The notes beneath the pieces are model-generated. The model had not been told where the DNA came from, made no database searches, and saw only the letters and a list, made by a program, of their open reading frames with translations. From Candidatus Shapirobacteria bacterium (GTDB lineage Bacteria > Patescibacteriota > Microgenomatia > UBA12405), in NCBI GenBank assembly GCA_041666965.1, contig JBAYFX010000002.1:8417-72416 (forward strand): a DNA stretch of 64,000 nucleotides, given 5' to 3'. The translations under genes were made by a program, and so were the position numbers. Positions 9,136 through 19,086 of this stretch are shown here, one piece after another (the stretch's first letter is position 1; each line of letters starts with the position of its first letter).

Positions 9136-10443
9136 CTACTTCTTACTCTCTATATCAAAAAAGCTCACTTGTTTGCCGTTAAAGTACAAATTAAACTGCC
9201 CCGTTGGTCCATTTCGGTGTTTCTCAATCGAGCAGGTCACTACTTCGCGCACCTCTTCATCCTCGCGATGTAAAAACATGACCACATCCGCGTCCTGTTC
9301 TATACTTCCCGATTCTCTTAAGTCCGACAGTCTTGGCTTGCCCCCTCGAGCCTCCATTGCCCGTGAAAGTTGGGCTGCCGCTACAATTGGTATTCCCAGT
9401 TCCCGGGCTAAGTTTTTAAGTCCCTGAGAAATCTCTGACACTTCCTGAACCCGGTTGTCCCGCGTCTGCCCATGCATTAGCTGTAAATAGTCCACCAATA
9501 TAAATTTAATTCCCTTGTCCACCTGTAACCGCCGCGCCTTTGCCCTCAACTCAGTCACCGTTAATCCCGGAGTATCGTCAATATATAGCGGTGATTCGGC
9601 CAATATTCCCATTGATTCTGAAATAGAATTATAGTCATCATCCGACAATTGCCCCGTTTTCAGTTTCCAGGCGTCAATCAACCCCTGGCGCACCAGCAAC
9701 CGATCTCCCAATTCCTCCTTACTCATTTCCAGTGAAAACACACAGGTGGGCAGTTTTTCTTCAACGGCCACGTACCTGGCAATATTCAAACAAAAAGCCG
9801 TCTTCCCCACACCCGGCCGGGCCGCCAACACAATCAAGTTGCTATTTTGCATTCCCGCAAGCAAAGTGTCTAGCCCTTTAAATCCTGTTGGTACCCCCCT
9901 CAATCCTCCCTTTTGCTTTTGCAGTTCATCCAGCCTATCAAAACTGGCCGTCAGCACTTCTTTCATTGACACTGGTACATTTTTGATGTGCTTTTGGGCC
10001 AAAACAAACACTTCCTGCTCGGCAAAATCCAAAAGTTGGTCGGTTGGCAAAGTCTCGTCCAGTGCCTTCTCGGTAATCCGGGCACTGGCAGACACCAGTT
10101 CCCTTCGGGCTGACAATGATTGAATAATTCGCCCATAACTTTCCACATTAGCGCTTGTTGGTACCTCATTGGCCAACTCCACTAAAAACGCTCTCCCGCC
10201 TACCTTTTTTAATAATTTTGCTTCTTTAAGTTTCTGACTAACTGTTACTAAGTCAATTGGAATTCTCTTCTCATAAAGGCTAAGCATGGCCTCAAATATT
10301 TGGCCATAATTATGGTTATAAAAATGAGTCGGCTTCAAAAACTCTGATACTTCAATTATGGCGTCATTATCAATTAAAATCGATCCCAACACACTAACTT
10401 CTGCCTCACTAGAATTTGGCGGTGTCCGATACTCAGTGGTCAT
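9136..10443 (-). CDS. dnaB: Replicative DNA helicase DnaB
   Basis: Walker A ARPGVGKTAFCLNIA, SLEMS and the QLSR arginine-finger region. 435 aa with no intein. Confidence 0.9.
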   Translation of the reverse strand: MTTEYRTPPNSSEAEVSVLGSILIDNDAIIEVSEFLKPTHFYNHNYGQIFEAMLSLYEKRIPIDLVTVSQKLKEAKLLKKVGGRAFLVELANEVPTSANVESYGRIIQSLSARRELVSASARITEKALDETLPTDQLLDFAEQEVFVLAQKHIKNVPVSMKEVLTASFDRLDELQKQKGGLRGVPTGFKGLDTLLAGMQNSNLIVLAARPGVGKTAFCLNIARYVAVEEKLPTCVFSLEMSKEELGDRLLVRQGLIDAWKLKTGQLSDDDYNSISESMGILAESPLYIDDTPGLTVTELRAKARRLQVDKGIKFILVDYLQLMHGQTRDNRVQEVSEISQGLKNLARELGIPIVAAAQLSRAMEARGGKPRLSDLRESGSIEQDADVVMFLHREDEEVREVVTCSIEKHRNGPTGQFNLYFNGKQVSFFDIESKK

Positions 10444-11128
10444 TTAATATCAGAACTTCCAAACTTTCTGATAGGCTTTGCTGTTCAATTTTTACCAAGC
10501 GCACTACTCCGGTATCTGCTCCCAAATCAAACTCATCTTTATATTCAGTCAACACTGCTTCATTTCCCCTAGACCATACTATTAAATGGTTAGATCCGGT
10601 GTTCTTAATCAATTCCCGGCTCTTTTTGGCTCCAATTTTTTCTCCCCAGACCAATAACACATCGGCCTCTCCAATTCTTTCCTGCTTTTTTTTGTCCCAT
10701 TTGTCAGTCAGTTCAGGAACAATGGCTACCTTAACCTCTTCTGCCTCAATAATATATATAGTGCTCTCAGTTCCTACCCTCCAACCCTGAATGTGAAAAC
10801 CGAATACATCAAATTCTCCCGGTCCCCGAATAATCATAGTTTTACTTTCAATATCTCCGTTGCCATATTCCCCTTCAGTGTATAACCCAACTTTTACATC
10901 ATTACTCTTATCCAGGTTTTCTTTAGGAGCGTCCACCCAAAGTAAACCATTTTTTGTTCGAATATAGAGTTGTTTGTCAGCACCAATTTCCATAACCAGT
11001 ATTGTACCATCAAACCCATTTTGTTCGTCTTCTCTGATATCATAACTGTTACAGATGTTTAAAGAAATTACCCTGGCAATTATTCTCGGCGGACTTTTGG
11101 GTGTCGGTTTAACTGGCGGCATTATCAC
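10433..11128 (-). CDS. MBL-fold (UPF0173-like) protein lacking the HxHxDH metal motif
   Basis: Block order resembles beta-lactamase-fold UPF0173 proteins (ILVMEIGADKQLYIR, IIRGPGEFDVFGFHIQGW, IYIIEAEEVKVAIVPELTD, ADVLLVWGEKIG), but the zinc-ligand histidines are absent. Confidence 0.35.
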   Translation of the reverse strand: MIMPPVKPTPKSPPRIIARVISLNICNSYDIREDEQNGFDGTILVMEIGADKQLYIRTKNGLLWVDAPKENLDKSNDVKVGLYTEGEYGNGDIESKTMIIRGPGEFDVFGFHIQGWRVGTESTIYIIEAEEVKVAIVPELTDKWDKKKQERIGEADVLLVWGEKIGAKKSRELIKNTGSNHLIVWSRGNEAVLTEYKDEFDLGADTGVVRLVKIEQQSLSESLEVLILNDH

Positions 11129-11549
11129 GCTTAAAAATCAAAACCGACTCCCCCACTTCAATCAAGTCGCCGCCGACACATTTCCTACACCTGTCTTAAC
11201 TGTCTCCCTAACCGCCTCCAATCTTACCTCCCCCACCACTCAAGTCTCCCCCACTTCCATTGTTCCCACTCCCCCGCCCACCTCCAATATCGAAATCACT
11301 AACTTCAAATCCGGCCAAATTGTCTCAAAAAGTGTCGCCACTCTCAAAGGTTTATCCCCCCCTAACAGTCAAATTATTATCGTCACCCCCCAAGGCAGTG
11401 TCATTTCCTCCTCAACCCCCGATGGGCTTTTTGAAATCGATGTTCAGCTTGAATCCGGCTTCAATCCTCTGGAAATTACCTGTATCGATCCCCAAGATGT
11501 TACCACCCAAATTAATTTTTCACTTACTTACTCAACCGCCCAAATCTAA
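11055..11549 (+). CDS. Membrane-anchored Pro/Thr/Ser-rich hypothetical protein
   Basis: N-terminal TM helix (LAIILGGLLGVGLTGGII) followed by a PT-rich extracellular region. Confidence 0.4.
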   Translation: MFKEITLAIILGGLLGVGLTGGIITLKNQNRLPHFNQVAADTFPTPVLTVSLTASNLTSPTTQVSPTSIVPTPPPTSNIEITNFKSGQIVSKSVATLKGLSPPNSQIIIVTPQGSVISSSTPDGLFEIDVQLESGFNPLEITCIDPQDVTTQINFSLTYSTAQI

Positions 11550-11551
11550 AT

Positions 11552-12313
11552 ATGACCCACGTTCTAATTCTTCTAATCTTACTCTTACCTTCTACAGTTT
11601 TTGCCCAGTCGCCACCTACTCCTACTTCTGACCCGTCTCTCACTCCTACTTCCGCACCTCGGGAAGCTATCGAAGACATTCAAAAAATTAGACAGGCTAT
11701 CCAGGAAAAAGTCAAAGAAAAACTCTCCGAAATTGGCCAGCCTACCAGTTTTAAAAAGGCCATCATTGGTCAAATTAGCCGACTTAATGTTCCCTCCAGT
11801 CTGGAAATCAGTTTCAATGGGGAAACCACTTCTACCTTACTGGACCCGGAAATTGTTTTTATCAATGCTAAAAAAAGTAAAAGTAATCTATCGACTCTCA
11901 AAGTTGGGGACCAAGTTTTAGCCCTCGGAGTCTACGACCCCATCACCCAGCAACTTACCGCCAAGCGCCTCATATCCTTTAATTACGAAAAGGATCTTTC
12001 ACCCCTGCCCCAAACCATTTACGGCACCATCACCGACATGTCCCAATCTGCCAACAGTGTCTTTTTGTCTCTAACTCCTCTAAACGATAAAAATCAGCAA
12101 TATCAAATTGTTACCGATACTACTACCAAATATCTAGATTCCGCTCTCAAGGCTCAAACCTCACTTAAGTTTGAGGTAGGCCAAAAAATAATCGCCATAG
12201 CTAGCAAAAGCGAAAAGTCCCAAACCAGCTGGAAAGCCCTAAAAATAGTACTCAAAACTACTCCTACCCCCGCCGCTCCCGCTCCCTCTCCTTCTCCCTC
12301 TCCCACCAATTAG
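11552..12313 (+). CDS. Secreted hypothetical protein with PT-rich linkers
   Basis: Cleavable signal peptide MTHVLILLILLLPSTVFAQS, PT-rich N-terminus and PAAPAPSPSPSP C-terminus. Starts 3 nt after the previous ORF. Confidence 0.5.
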   Translation: MTHVLILLILLLPSTVFAQSPPTPTSDPSLTPTSAPREAIEDIQKIRQAIQEKVKEKLSEIGQPTSFKKAIIGQISRLNVPSSLEISFNGETTSTLLDPEIVFINAKKSKSNLSTLKVGDQVLALGVYDPITQQLTAKRLISFNYEKDLSPLPQTIYGTITDMSQSANSVFLSLTPLNDKNQQYQIVTDTTTKYLDSALKAQTSLKFEVGQKIIAIASKSEKSQTSWKALKIVLKTTPTPAAPAPSPSPSPTN

Positions 12314-12738
12314 ACCATGCTAAACTAATTTGTTATATTTTAATGCCTGTTCATGACTGTTTATAGAAGGCTAGAAGTTTTAGGATTACTTGTCGGTCCG
12401 GCCATACTCTCCCCAGAAAAACCGGTTTTTGCTGAAAGAAGGACACTTTTCCCCGGCCTAGAAATATTACATACCCCTTTTGTTTTACGAACTATTCAAC
12501 CAGATACTGTAACAATATATACTCGAACAATAACAGAGCCCGGTTCAGAAGTTGCTGGCACACTAACCAGAGCCGCAATAAACGCTTCCGCACCTATTGT
12601 CGGATTGGCACCCGGTATTCGTTACCGATATTTTTGGCAAGAAGAAACTTGACTCTCAATAATTTGTTGATAAAATACGTCATGACCAAAAACGTCATCG
12701 CCTCCCATCATCAGTAACTTGGCGGTGGTCAACGTATC

Positions 12739-12762
12739 GACCGCCGCAGGGCGGTTTTTTTT
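12739..12762 (+). terminator. Rho-independent terminator
   Basis: Hairpin CCGCC-GCAG-GGCGG followed by TTTTTTTT. Confidence 0.6.
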
Positions 12763-12892
12763 GGTATTTTTTAGGTCGAAATTTAGAGCATTACGACAAA
12801 TTTAGCCTAAAATACCAATCCCGAAAACTTTCGGGGTGGTCATAATTACTTTGTCATTCTGAGTCCGAAAGCTTTTGGACGAAGAATCTCAT

Positions 12893-12969
12893 GGTGGCAT
12901 TAGCTCAATTGGTTAGAGCGCAGCTCTGTGAAAGCTGAGGTTGCCGGTTCAATTCCGGTATGCCACCCA
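12893..12969 (+). tRNA. tRNA-His (anticodon GTG) with encoded G-1
   Basis: GGTGGCATTAGCTCAATTGGTTAGAGCGCAGCTCTGTGAAAGCTGAGGTTGCCGGTTCAATTCCGGTATGCCACCCA. Anticodon stem CAGCT/AGCTG with loop CTGTGAA. The extra 5' G pairing with C73 is characteristic of tRNA-His. Confidence 0.85.
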
Positions 12970-13006
12970 TAGTTGCATTATTCTATAACCTATAATATAA
13001 TTAACC

Positions 13007-13279
13007 ATGATCAACGAATGTCGTTTCCGTATCTGTGGACCAAAACTCCAGGACGTACCTGAAGTGATCCAATTTGGTGGAAAAACTCCATTTTGTGGAG
13101 TATGTCCTCCTCTGCAAGCAGAATGTACTATGACTTGTGGTGAAACTGAATGTGACACCGCCCGAATCATGCTTTTTGCTTTCGGTTCTGAATATCAACC
13201 AAGTCCCGCTCAACTATCTGGACTGGTTCTCCATCGCCATACCGCGGTCACTCACCAGCGGGGCGGTAACGTGACCTAA
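13007..13279 (+). CDS. Small Cys-rich hypothetical protein (7 Cys in 90 aa)
   Basis: The ORF lies directly downstream of tRNA-His and ends 22 nt before a strong intrinsic terminator (13302-13328). Two antisense ORFs overlap it and were discounted. Confidence 0.35.
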   Translation: MINECRFRICGPKLQDVPEVIQFGGKTPFCGVCPPLQAECTMTCGETECDTARIMLFAFGSEYQPSPAQLSGLVLHRHTAVTHQRGGNVT

Positions 13280-13301
13280 AACTTTTTCCTTTATTTCTCC
13301 A

Positions 13302-13328
13302 AAGCCCCGCAACTACGGGGCTTTTTTA
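13302..13328 (+). terminator. Rho-independent terminator
   Basis: GCCCCG-CAACTA-CGGGGC followed by TTTTTT. Confidence 0.65.
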
Positions 13329-13363
13329 ATGCCCCATTTACTACTATTTACAAAAAATTAATT

Positions 13364-14446
13364 ATGAAACAAGAAATTATTAAACCTACAACTGACTCTA
13401 TCGTCGGCCTATACGAATGCCGGCTTCGAGATAACTGGCCTAAACTCATCTGTGCTGTTGAGGCCAACCTACGTGTATCCCTGGGAGAAATGTCCCTTAC
13501 TGCCTGGGAGCGAAATAACGGTCAGACCGAAATTGGTAGGCCTTGTACCACTCGGCCAAATACTTACTGTCTCCTCTTAAACCAAGTGACAACTGCTGTA
13601 GTAAGGGAGCTTAATCTAACCTCTCCACCAATTCCCACAGAGACTATCTCTGAAACAGAGCCAAATCCAAAACTACTGAATCAACTGGCCATATTGTATG
13701 CCACGGACCTCTGGGCAGGCGCATGGAAAGAATTATTAATTGACGCTCAGGGAAATCAGTTTGGCACTCGGGACAACGATGGTAATATTTACCCAGATAC
13801 TAGGCAAATTATGGAGGAGAACCTCATTGGGTTTGACGATGATTGGCAATTAATTCTTTGGCAACTTGCCTCTCAGGGGTCGTTAACCAGAACGGGTCAA
13901 CCATTACGTCCCTTTTGGACTATCGATTCGGCCACCCAAGCATTACAGGAGTTTATTAACTCATCAGATCAGTCTGGCTACAATGGTGAGATGATGGTTC
14001 TGACAGACACAGAAAATAGACCAATCGGCTTCACTGCTTACACTGTCACAAAAGCCAATAACGGACCCGCTCTCGTTCAAAAAAGATTTCCTTACACTGA
14101 CCTCTTGCTCCCAGACGATATTTCAAATCAAGTTACTAATCCCGTCTCTTTAGAAGATTTAATTGCCTATCTTTACCCGAAAAAACGTATAGGTCTTTAC
14201 CTTGATTTTGCCATATCGGAAAAACGACGTGGTCAAGGCCTAGGAAGTCAGCTGTTCGACAAAAGAATAGATAGATTACTTGAACTTGGTGCTGAAGTGA
14301 TTATTGGGAGAACAATCAAAACTTCCCCTGCGCAATACTATGGCAATTATTTCGCCCGGGGTATGACACCAATTGCCTTCGACCCGCAGAATCCCAATAA
14401 AGCTATTTTTGCTGTCTTAAAAGATAATATTATAAAAAGGAACTAA
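13364..14446 (+). CDS. Two-domain protein with C-terminal GNAT-type N-acetyltransferase fold
   Basis: The C-terminal LDFAISEKRRGQGLGSQLFDKRIDRLLELGAEVIIGRT resembles GNAT motif A (R/Q-x-x-G-x-G/A). The N-terminal ~200 aa are unassigned. Confidence 0.5.
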   Translation: MKQEIIKPTTDSIVGLYECRLRDNWPKLICAVEANLRVSLGEMSLTAWERNNGQTEIGRPCTTRPNTYCLLLNQVTTAVVRELNLTSPPIPTETISETEPNPKLLNQLAILYATDLWAGAWKELLIDAQGNQFGTRDNDGNIYPDTRQIMEENLIGFDDDWQLILWQLASQGSLTRTGQPLRPFWTIDSATQALQEFINSSDQSGYNGEMMVLTDTENRPIGFTAYTVTKANNGPALVQKRFPYTDLLLPDDISNQVTNPVSLEDLIAYLYPKKRIGLYLDFAISEKRRGQGLGSQLFDKRIDRLLELGAEVIIGRTIKTSPAQYYGNYFARGMTPIAFDPQNPNKAIFAVLKDNIIKRN

Positions 14447-14449
14447 CCC

Positions 14450-15592
14450 ATGACTACTAACAATCAAACTCCATTAATAAAGAGAACTATTGAACTTCTT
14501 AGTATTCCCTCTTGGGTGGATTCTAAAAATAATGAAGCAAAAATTGGCCAATATATTTTTACCAACTTAGCAAAATATCCACTTCTCAAAGTTGTAAAGC
14601 AAAAAGTTGTCGGTAACCGTTTTAATGTTATTGCCCAAAACAGTGGAACAATAGATACTCTAATTGTTGGCCACATTGATACTGTCCAGCCTTCAAGCAA
14701 TTGGACAAAAAACCCCATTAAGCCAGTAATTTTAAAAAACAAACTCTTTGGTCTAGGGGCTTCAGACATGAAGTCAGGTATTGCTCTTATGATGGAAATG
14801 GCTATAAAACCAGGGTTGATACCCAACACCATGTTTTTATTTTATATCGATGAGGAGTATGACTTTCTGGGAATGAAAAAGTTCATTGCCGAATTTGTAG
14901 ACAAAATTAAACCAAAACAAATCATCTCTCTTGACGGTAATAACCTAAGTATTACTAATGGTTGTCGTGGGCTAATCGAAATTAGTTGTACCGTTCGGGG
15001 CCAATCAGGACATGCTGCCCGGCCTAAAAGTGGCCTCAACGCCATCAATAAAAGTTTTCAACTGATAAATGAGCTTTATTCTTGGCTGGGTAGTTTTTCC
15101 AATCCTATTTTAGGACCAACAGTAGCTAACCTGGCCTATATTAGTGGCGGCCAGTATCAAGGCTGGAAAAAGGATGTATTACTTTTAGGTAAACAAGGTA
15201 ATATTATCCCCGATATATGCCAATTTGTTATTGACATCCGTCCTAGTCAAACCAGTCTTAACGCAACTAAGGTAATAGAATTTCTGAATGTTGGGGCTAA
15301 AAAGATGGGAGTGAAAATAGAAACTTCCTTAGTCAGACATGATTTAGGAAGCTGGTTAACTGAAAAAAATAATATACCGAACAAAAATAAGTTGCCAAAA
15401 AAATATAACCGCGTTGATCAAACTGGCTACATTGATATTCAATTTCTCTGGCAAACTTTTAACCAAACACCATGTTTCACTATTGGTGCGGGGTCACCAT
15501 CAGTCGCCCACAAACCTGATGAATATGTTGAGATTAGTCAACTAATTAGGCTCGAAAAAATAATCTCATCATTATTTTTAATCTCAACTTAA
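14450..15592 (+). CDS. Peptidase M20 family (ArgE/DapE-like deacylase)
   Basis: Metal-binding blocks LIVGHIDTV and GLGASDMKSG, and a C-terminal dimerisation-domain pattern. 380 aa. Confidence 0.8.
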   Translation: MTTNNQTPLIKRTIELLSIPSWVDSKNNEAKIGQYIFTNLAKYPLLKVVKQKVVGNRFNVIAQNSGTIDTLIVGHIDTVQPSSNWTKNPIKPVILKNKLFGLGASDMKSGIALMMEMAIKPGLIPNTMFLFYIDEEYDFLGMKKFIAEFVDKIKPKQIISLDGNNLSITNGCRGLIEISCTVRGQSGHAARPKSGLNAINKSFQLINELYSWLGSFSNPILGPTVANLAYISGGQYQGWKKDVLLLGKQGNIIPDICQFVIDIRPSQTSLNATKVIEFLNVGAKKMGVKIETSLVRHDLGSWLTEKNNIPNKNKLPKKYNRVDQTGYIDIQFLWQTFNQTPCFTIGAGSPSVAHKPDEYVEISQLIRLEKIISSLFLIST

Positions 15593-15608
15593 ATGTTAAA
15601 CTCAACTT

Positions 15609-16868
15609 ATGAATCAAACTAAATTAATTACACCGGTCAAGGGCACACGGGATTTTTATCCCGAGGCCTGGAGGCGCCAGTTATGGTTATCCGAAAAGTG
15701 GCTCGAAGTTGGCCGCCTATTTGGCTACGAAGAATATGAGGGGCCTGTTTTGGAGTCCATAAATCTTTATCTAGAAAAAAGTAGTCAAGAAATTTTAGAA
15801 AAACAGACTTTTTTAGTAACAGATCGCAGTGGTGACACCTTAGTCATGCGCCCGGAACTCACCCCGACTTTAGCCCGTCTGGTAGCTCAAAGCGAAAAAC
15901 AGCTTGTTTTCCCACTTCGTTGGCAGTCCTATGGCCGCTTTTGGCGCTATGAAAAACCCCAGCGTGGTCGGGGGCGTGAATTTTGCCAGTGGAACATAGA
16001 CATTCTTGGCCCCTCATCCCCTTTAGTTGACGCCGAAATAATTACTATCGCGGCCCTCGCCCTAAAAAGTATTGGCATCACTCCCGATATGGCCCAAATT
16101 AAGTTAAACGACCGTAACGCTCTTGAAACCCACCTCGCCTCAAAGTTAGGCACTAGTCCTCAGATTACTAAAAACGTCATCCGAGCCATTGATAAAATCG
16201 ACAAAATGGAGCCAACCGCCTTTTCTGAATGGTTAACAGAGTTGGGTTTAAATACTACTCAAATTGAAATTTTATTGGAAACAATATCTACCCCATCTGC
16301 TTCTTTCTCCCCTGCCCTCACCCAAACCTTAAATTCTGTTCCCTCAGAACTAAGGGATTATTTTGAAATTGATTTAAAAATTGTTCGTGGTTTTGACTAT
16401 TACACCGGTCTGGTGTTTGAAGCCTGGGCTAAAACCGGTCTCAAACGTTCCCTTTTTGGTGGCGGCCGTTACGACAATCTAACTCAACAGGTGGGCGGGT
16501 CCATTGCTGTCCCCGGAGTTGGTTTTGCCATTGGTGACATGCCCATTTTAGAACTCCTTTCCGAATTGTCTTTGATTCCGGACTTAACTATCAACCCCGC
16601 TCGCGTCCTAGTCACCACTTTTTCACTTGATACCGCCCTTGATTCCTTCAATCTAGCCTCAACTCTGCGCAACTTCAATATTCCTACCCTCCTCTACCCC
16701 CAAGCCGACAAAATCGGCAAACAATTTAAGTATGCCAGTGCCAAAAATATTCCCTACGTTGTGGTATTAGGCCCCGATGAAATTAAATCCGGCTTAGTCA
16801 CCCTAAAAAACATGGTCACAGGTGAGCAGTTTAGCCTAAAGGTAGAAGATATTTCTTCAAATATTTGA
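15609..16868 (+). CDS. hisS: Histidyl-tRNA synthetase
   Basis: Class II motifs: GTRDFYPE, RYEKPQRGRGREFCQWNIDILG, and a C-terminal anticodon-binding domain. Confidence 0.9.
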   Translation: MNQTKLITPVKGTRDFYPEAWRRQLWLSEKWLEVGRLFGYEEYEGPVLESINLYLEKSSQEILEKQTFLVTDRSGDTLVMRPELTPTLARLVAQSEKQLVFPLRWQSYGRFWRYEKPQRGRGREFCQWNIDILGPSSPLVDAEIITIAALALKSIGITPDMAQIKLNDRNALETHLASKLGTSPQITKNVIRAIDKIDKMEPTAFSEWLTELGLNTTQIEILLETISTPSASFSPALTQTLNSVPSELRDYFEIDLKIVRGFDYYTGLVFEAWAKTGLKRSLFGGGRYDNLTQQVGGSIAVPGVGFAIGDMPILELLSELSLIPDLTINPARVLVTTFSLDTALDSFNLASTLRNFNIPTLLYPQADKIGKQFKYASAKNIPYVVVLGPDEIKSGLVTLKNMVTGEQFSLKVEDISSNI

Positions 16869-16881
16869 TACAATATAGCCC

Positions 16882-17151
16882 ATGAAAGCCAACATTCATC
16901 CTAAATACAATCAAGATTGTCAGGTCACCTGTACCTGTGGTAACTCTTTTGTCACTGGTTCAACCTTAGACAAAATTGAAGTCGAAGTTTGTTCAAACTG
17001 TCACCCCTTCTTCACCGGCCAACAAAAGTTTGTCGACGTTAAGGGAAGAATTGACCGTTTCAAAGAAAAACAAGCCAAAGGGCAAGGATACCAGTCCAAA
17101 TCCACCAAAGCCAAAGCTAAAAGTGATAAAAAGGCCACGGCTAACGCTTAG
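16882..17151 (+). CDS. rpmE: 50S ribosomal protein L31
   Basis: MKANIHPKY...CTCG...[10 protein letters not shown] matches the L31 zinc-ribbon consensus. Confidence 0.85.
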   Translation: MKANIHPKYNQDCQVTCTCGNSFVTGSTLDKIEVEVCSNCHPFFTGQQKFVDVKGRIDRFKEKQAKGQGYQSKSTKAKAKSDKKATANA

Positions 17152-17157
17152 CTCGCC

Positions 17158-17883
17158 ATGCCTACAGTAGACCCAAATATTGCCATTCTCGAATTTCGTC
17201 CCGGTCCCGGTGGTGAAGAGTCCTATATTTGGCTCCAGGATTTACAAAACATGTACATCCGTTGGTCAAACAAAGTTGGTTGGAAAGTTAATCAACTTGA
17301 CGATGATGTCATCAAAATCACCGGCCTCGACGCTTACAACCAGCTCAAATACGAAACCGGTACTCACCGTGTCCAACGTATTCCTGTAACCGAAAAACAT
17401 GGCCGCATTCACACTTCAACTGCTGCCATCGTCGTCCTCCCTCTCATCACTAGTAACGACACTTCCTTTCGCGCCGAAGACGTAGAAATGACGGCATCAC
17501 GAGCTGGGGGTAATGGAGGTCAAAACGTCAACAAAGTTTCTACGGCCGTCCGCCTGCTTCATAAACCATCTGGCATTACCATTTCAGTCCGCAAGGAACG
17601 CTCTCAGCAACAAAACCGGGAAATCGCCCTCGATATACTAAAGGCCAAACTTTGGGCCATTGAAGAAGAAAAACGTAGTTCCCAAATTGGTTCTGCCCGA
17701 TCAAGTATTGGCCAAGCCCTCAGAGCCGACAAAATCCGTACCTACAATTACGCCAGAAATCAAATCAAAGACCACCGCATCAACAAAGAATTCAATCTCC
17801 AAAAAACTCTCGACGGAGACCTGGGTGATTTACTTTTCGAGCTTACCGTCTATTTCGAAGAACTAACCACCGCTCAAACCTAA
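17158..17883 (+). CDS. prfA: Class I peptide chain release factor, RF1-type, lacking N-terminal domain 1
   Basis: GGQ motif ([10 protein letters not shown]) and an RF1-type PxT tripeptide region ([17 protein letters not shown]). The 241 aa align from about residue 105 of E. coli RF1. Confidence 0.7.
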   Translation: MPTVDPNIAILEFRPGPGGEESYIWLQDLQNMYIRWSNKVGWKVNQLDDDVIKITGLDAYNQLKYETGTHRVQRIPVTEKHGRIHTSTAAIVVLPLITSNDTSFRAEDVEMTASRAGGNGGQNVNKVSTAVRLLHKPSGITISVRKERSQQQNREIALDILKAKLWAIEEEKRSSQIGSARSSIGQALRADKIRTYNYARNQIKDHRINKEFNLQKTLDGDLGDLLFELTVYFEELTTAQT

Positions 17884-19073
17884 CCGGTTCTTTTTTCCAG
17901 TTTTAGCCTAACACTACTTTCTTTTCCCTCGCGCCAAAACTTGACAGTCACTTCGTCTCCTATTTTCTTTTTATTAACGATATTGGCCAAACTCGAATCC
18001 GCCTCATCAGTTAATTTTTTGCCGTCAATTTCCATAATTATATCCCCCGCCTCAATTCCCCCCTTAGCCGCCGGACTATTTTCTACTACCTGTTGAACAT
18101 AGGCACCAGCCGGAACGTCATTTAATAGTGCTGATTGTTTGGTAATCATTCTGTAGGCTACTCCCACATACGGCCGTTCAAACTCACCGGTGGTTTTAAA
18201 GTTATCAATCGAGTCTTTGACTAAGTTAATCGGTAAAGCAAAACCAATGTTTTGGCCTTGAGCTGACACGGCTACGTTTACCCCCACCACTTCACCCATT
18301 GAGTTAAATAAAGGTCCGCCCGAGTTACCCGGGTTTATCGCCGCATCCGTTTGAATTACGTTATCCAATCTTTCCGACCCATCAGTCGGTCCGCCAGCTG
18401 TAATTCCTCTTCCCAGTCCGGATATCACTCCGGTTGTCACGGTTGAACGAAACTCTCCTAGTGCTGTCCCAATGGCAATTACTGTCTGGCCGACTTTCAG
18501 TTTATCCGAATCCCCCATTGTCACCGGCACCAAACCGGTTCTCTCAATTTTTAATATTGCCAAATCGTTTGACGGATCTCGATATATTTGGGCTACGTCT
18601 ACTACCTGGTCTTTACCAATCACCACCCGGTATTTAGCGCTCGCATCCGACACCACATGTTTATTAGTTACAATTAACCCATCCTGACTAATCACAAAAC
18701 CACTTCCAATATCCTGCTCAACTGGCTGAAGTTGGGTCTGCCCCCTAGGAGCCTGAAACCCAAAAAAATCGCCAAAAATATCAAACCCGGGAAACTGGTC
18801 ATTTAACACACTTGTCTTGCGAATTGATACCGTTACCACACTTGGTGTGGCGTTTGACACAACTCTGGTTACCACCGATTCCTGATCCACCACTTCCTGT
18901 TTACCACCGGGCACCAAATTAGTGCTGTTTCCCCCAGTAACTCTCTCGGGTACTAGCCGGTCCACTACCCCAATTCCCCACAACCTATCCACCACTGCCC
19001 CTCCAATCAACGATCCCAATAACGCAACCCCAAATACAGTCCCTAAAATGAAGTTTTTCATATTATTGGCCAT
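17880..19073 (-). CDS. htrA: HtrA/DegP-family serine protease with PDZ domain
   Basis: N-terminal TM, catalytic GNSGGPLFN, and a C-terminal PDZ region ([12 protein letters not shown]). Confidence 0.85.
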   Translation of the reverse strand: MANNMKNFILGTVFGVALLGSLIGGAVVDRLWGIGVVDRLVPERVTGGNSTNLVPGGKQEVVDQESVVTRVVSNATPSVVTVSIRKTSVLNDQFPGFDIFGDFFGFQAPRGQTQLQPVEQDIGSGFVISQDGLIVTNKHVVSDASAKYRVVIGKDQVVDVAQIYRDPSNDLAILKIERTGLVPVTMGDSDKLKVGQTVIAIGTALGEFRSTVTTGVISGLGRGITAGGPTDGSERLDNVIQTDAAINPGNSGGPLFNSMGEVVGVNVAVSAQGQNIGFALPINLVKDSIDNFKTTGEFERPYVGVAYRMITKQSALLNDVPAGAYVQQVVENSPAAKGGIEAGDIIMEIDGKKLTDEADSSLANIVNKKKIGDEVTVKFWREGKESSVRLKLEKRTG

Positions 19074-19086
19074 CCTTAATTATAAT

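Noticed and set aside
12395-12550. RNase P P4-like matches (GTCGGTCCGGCC at 12401, ACAGAGCCCGGTTCA at 12533); similar ACAAGAACCCGG at 49983
   Set aside because: The two strands are only ~130 nt apart and total length is too short for any bacterial RNase P RNA. Other conserved regions (P10-P12, the GGAAAGTCCGGGCTCC motif) are absent.
12353-12652. 99-aa ORF as a confident protein gene
   Set aside because: No RBS, no homology and atypical composition. Retained only as a possible small gene or sRNA region.
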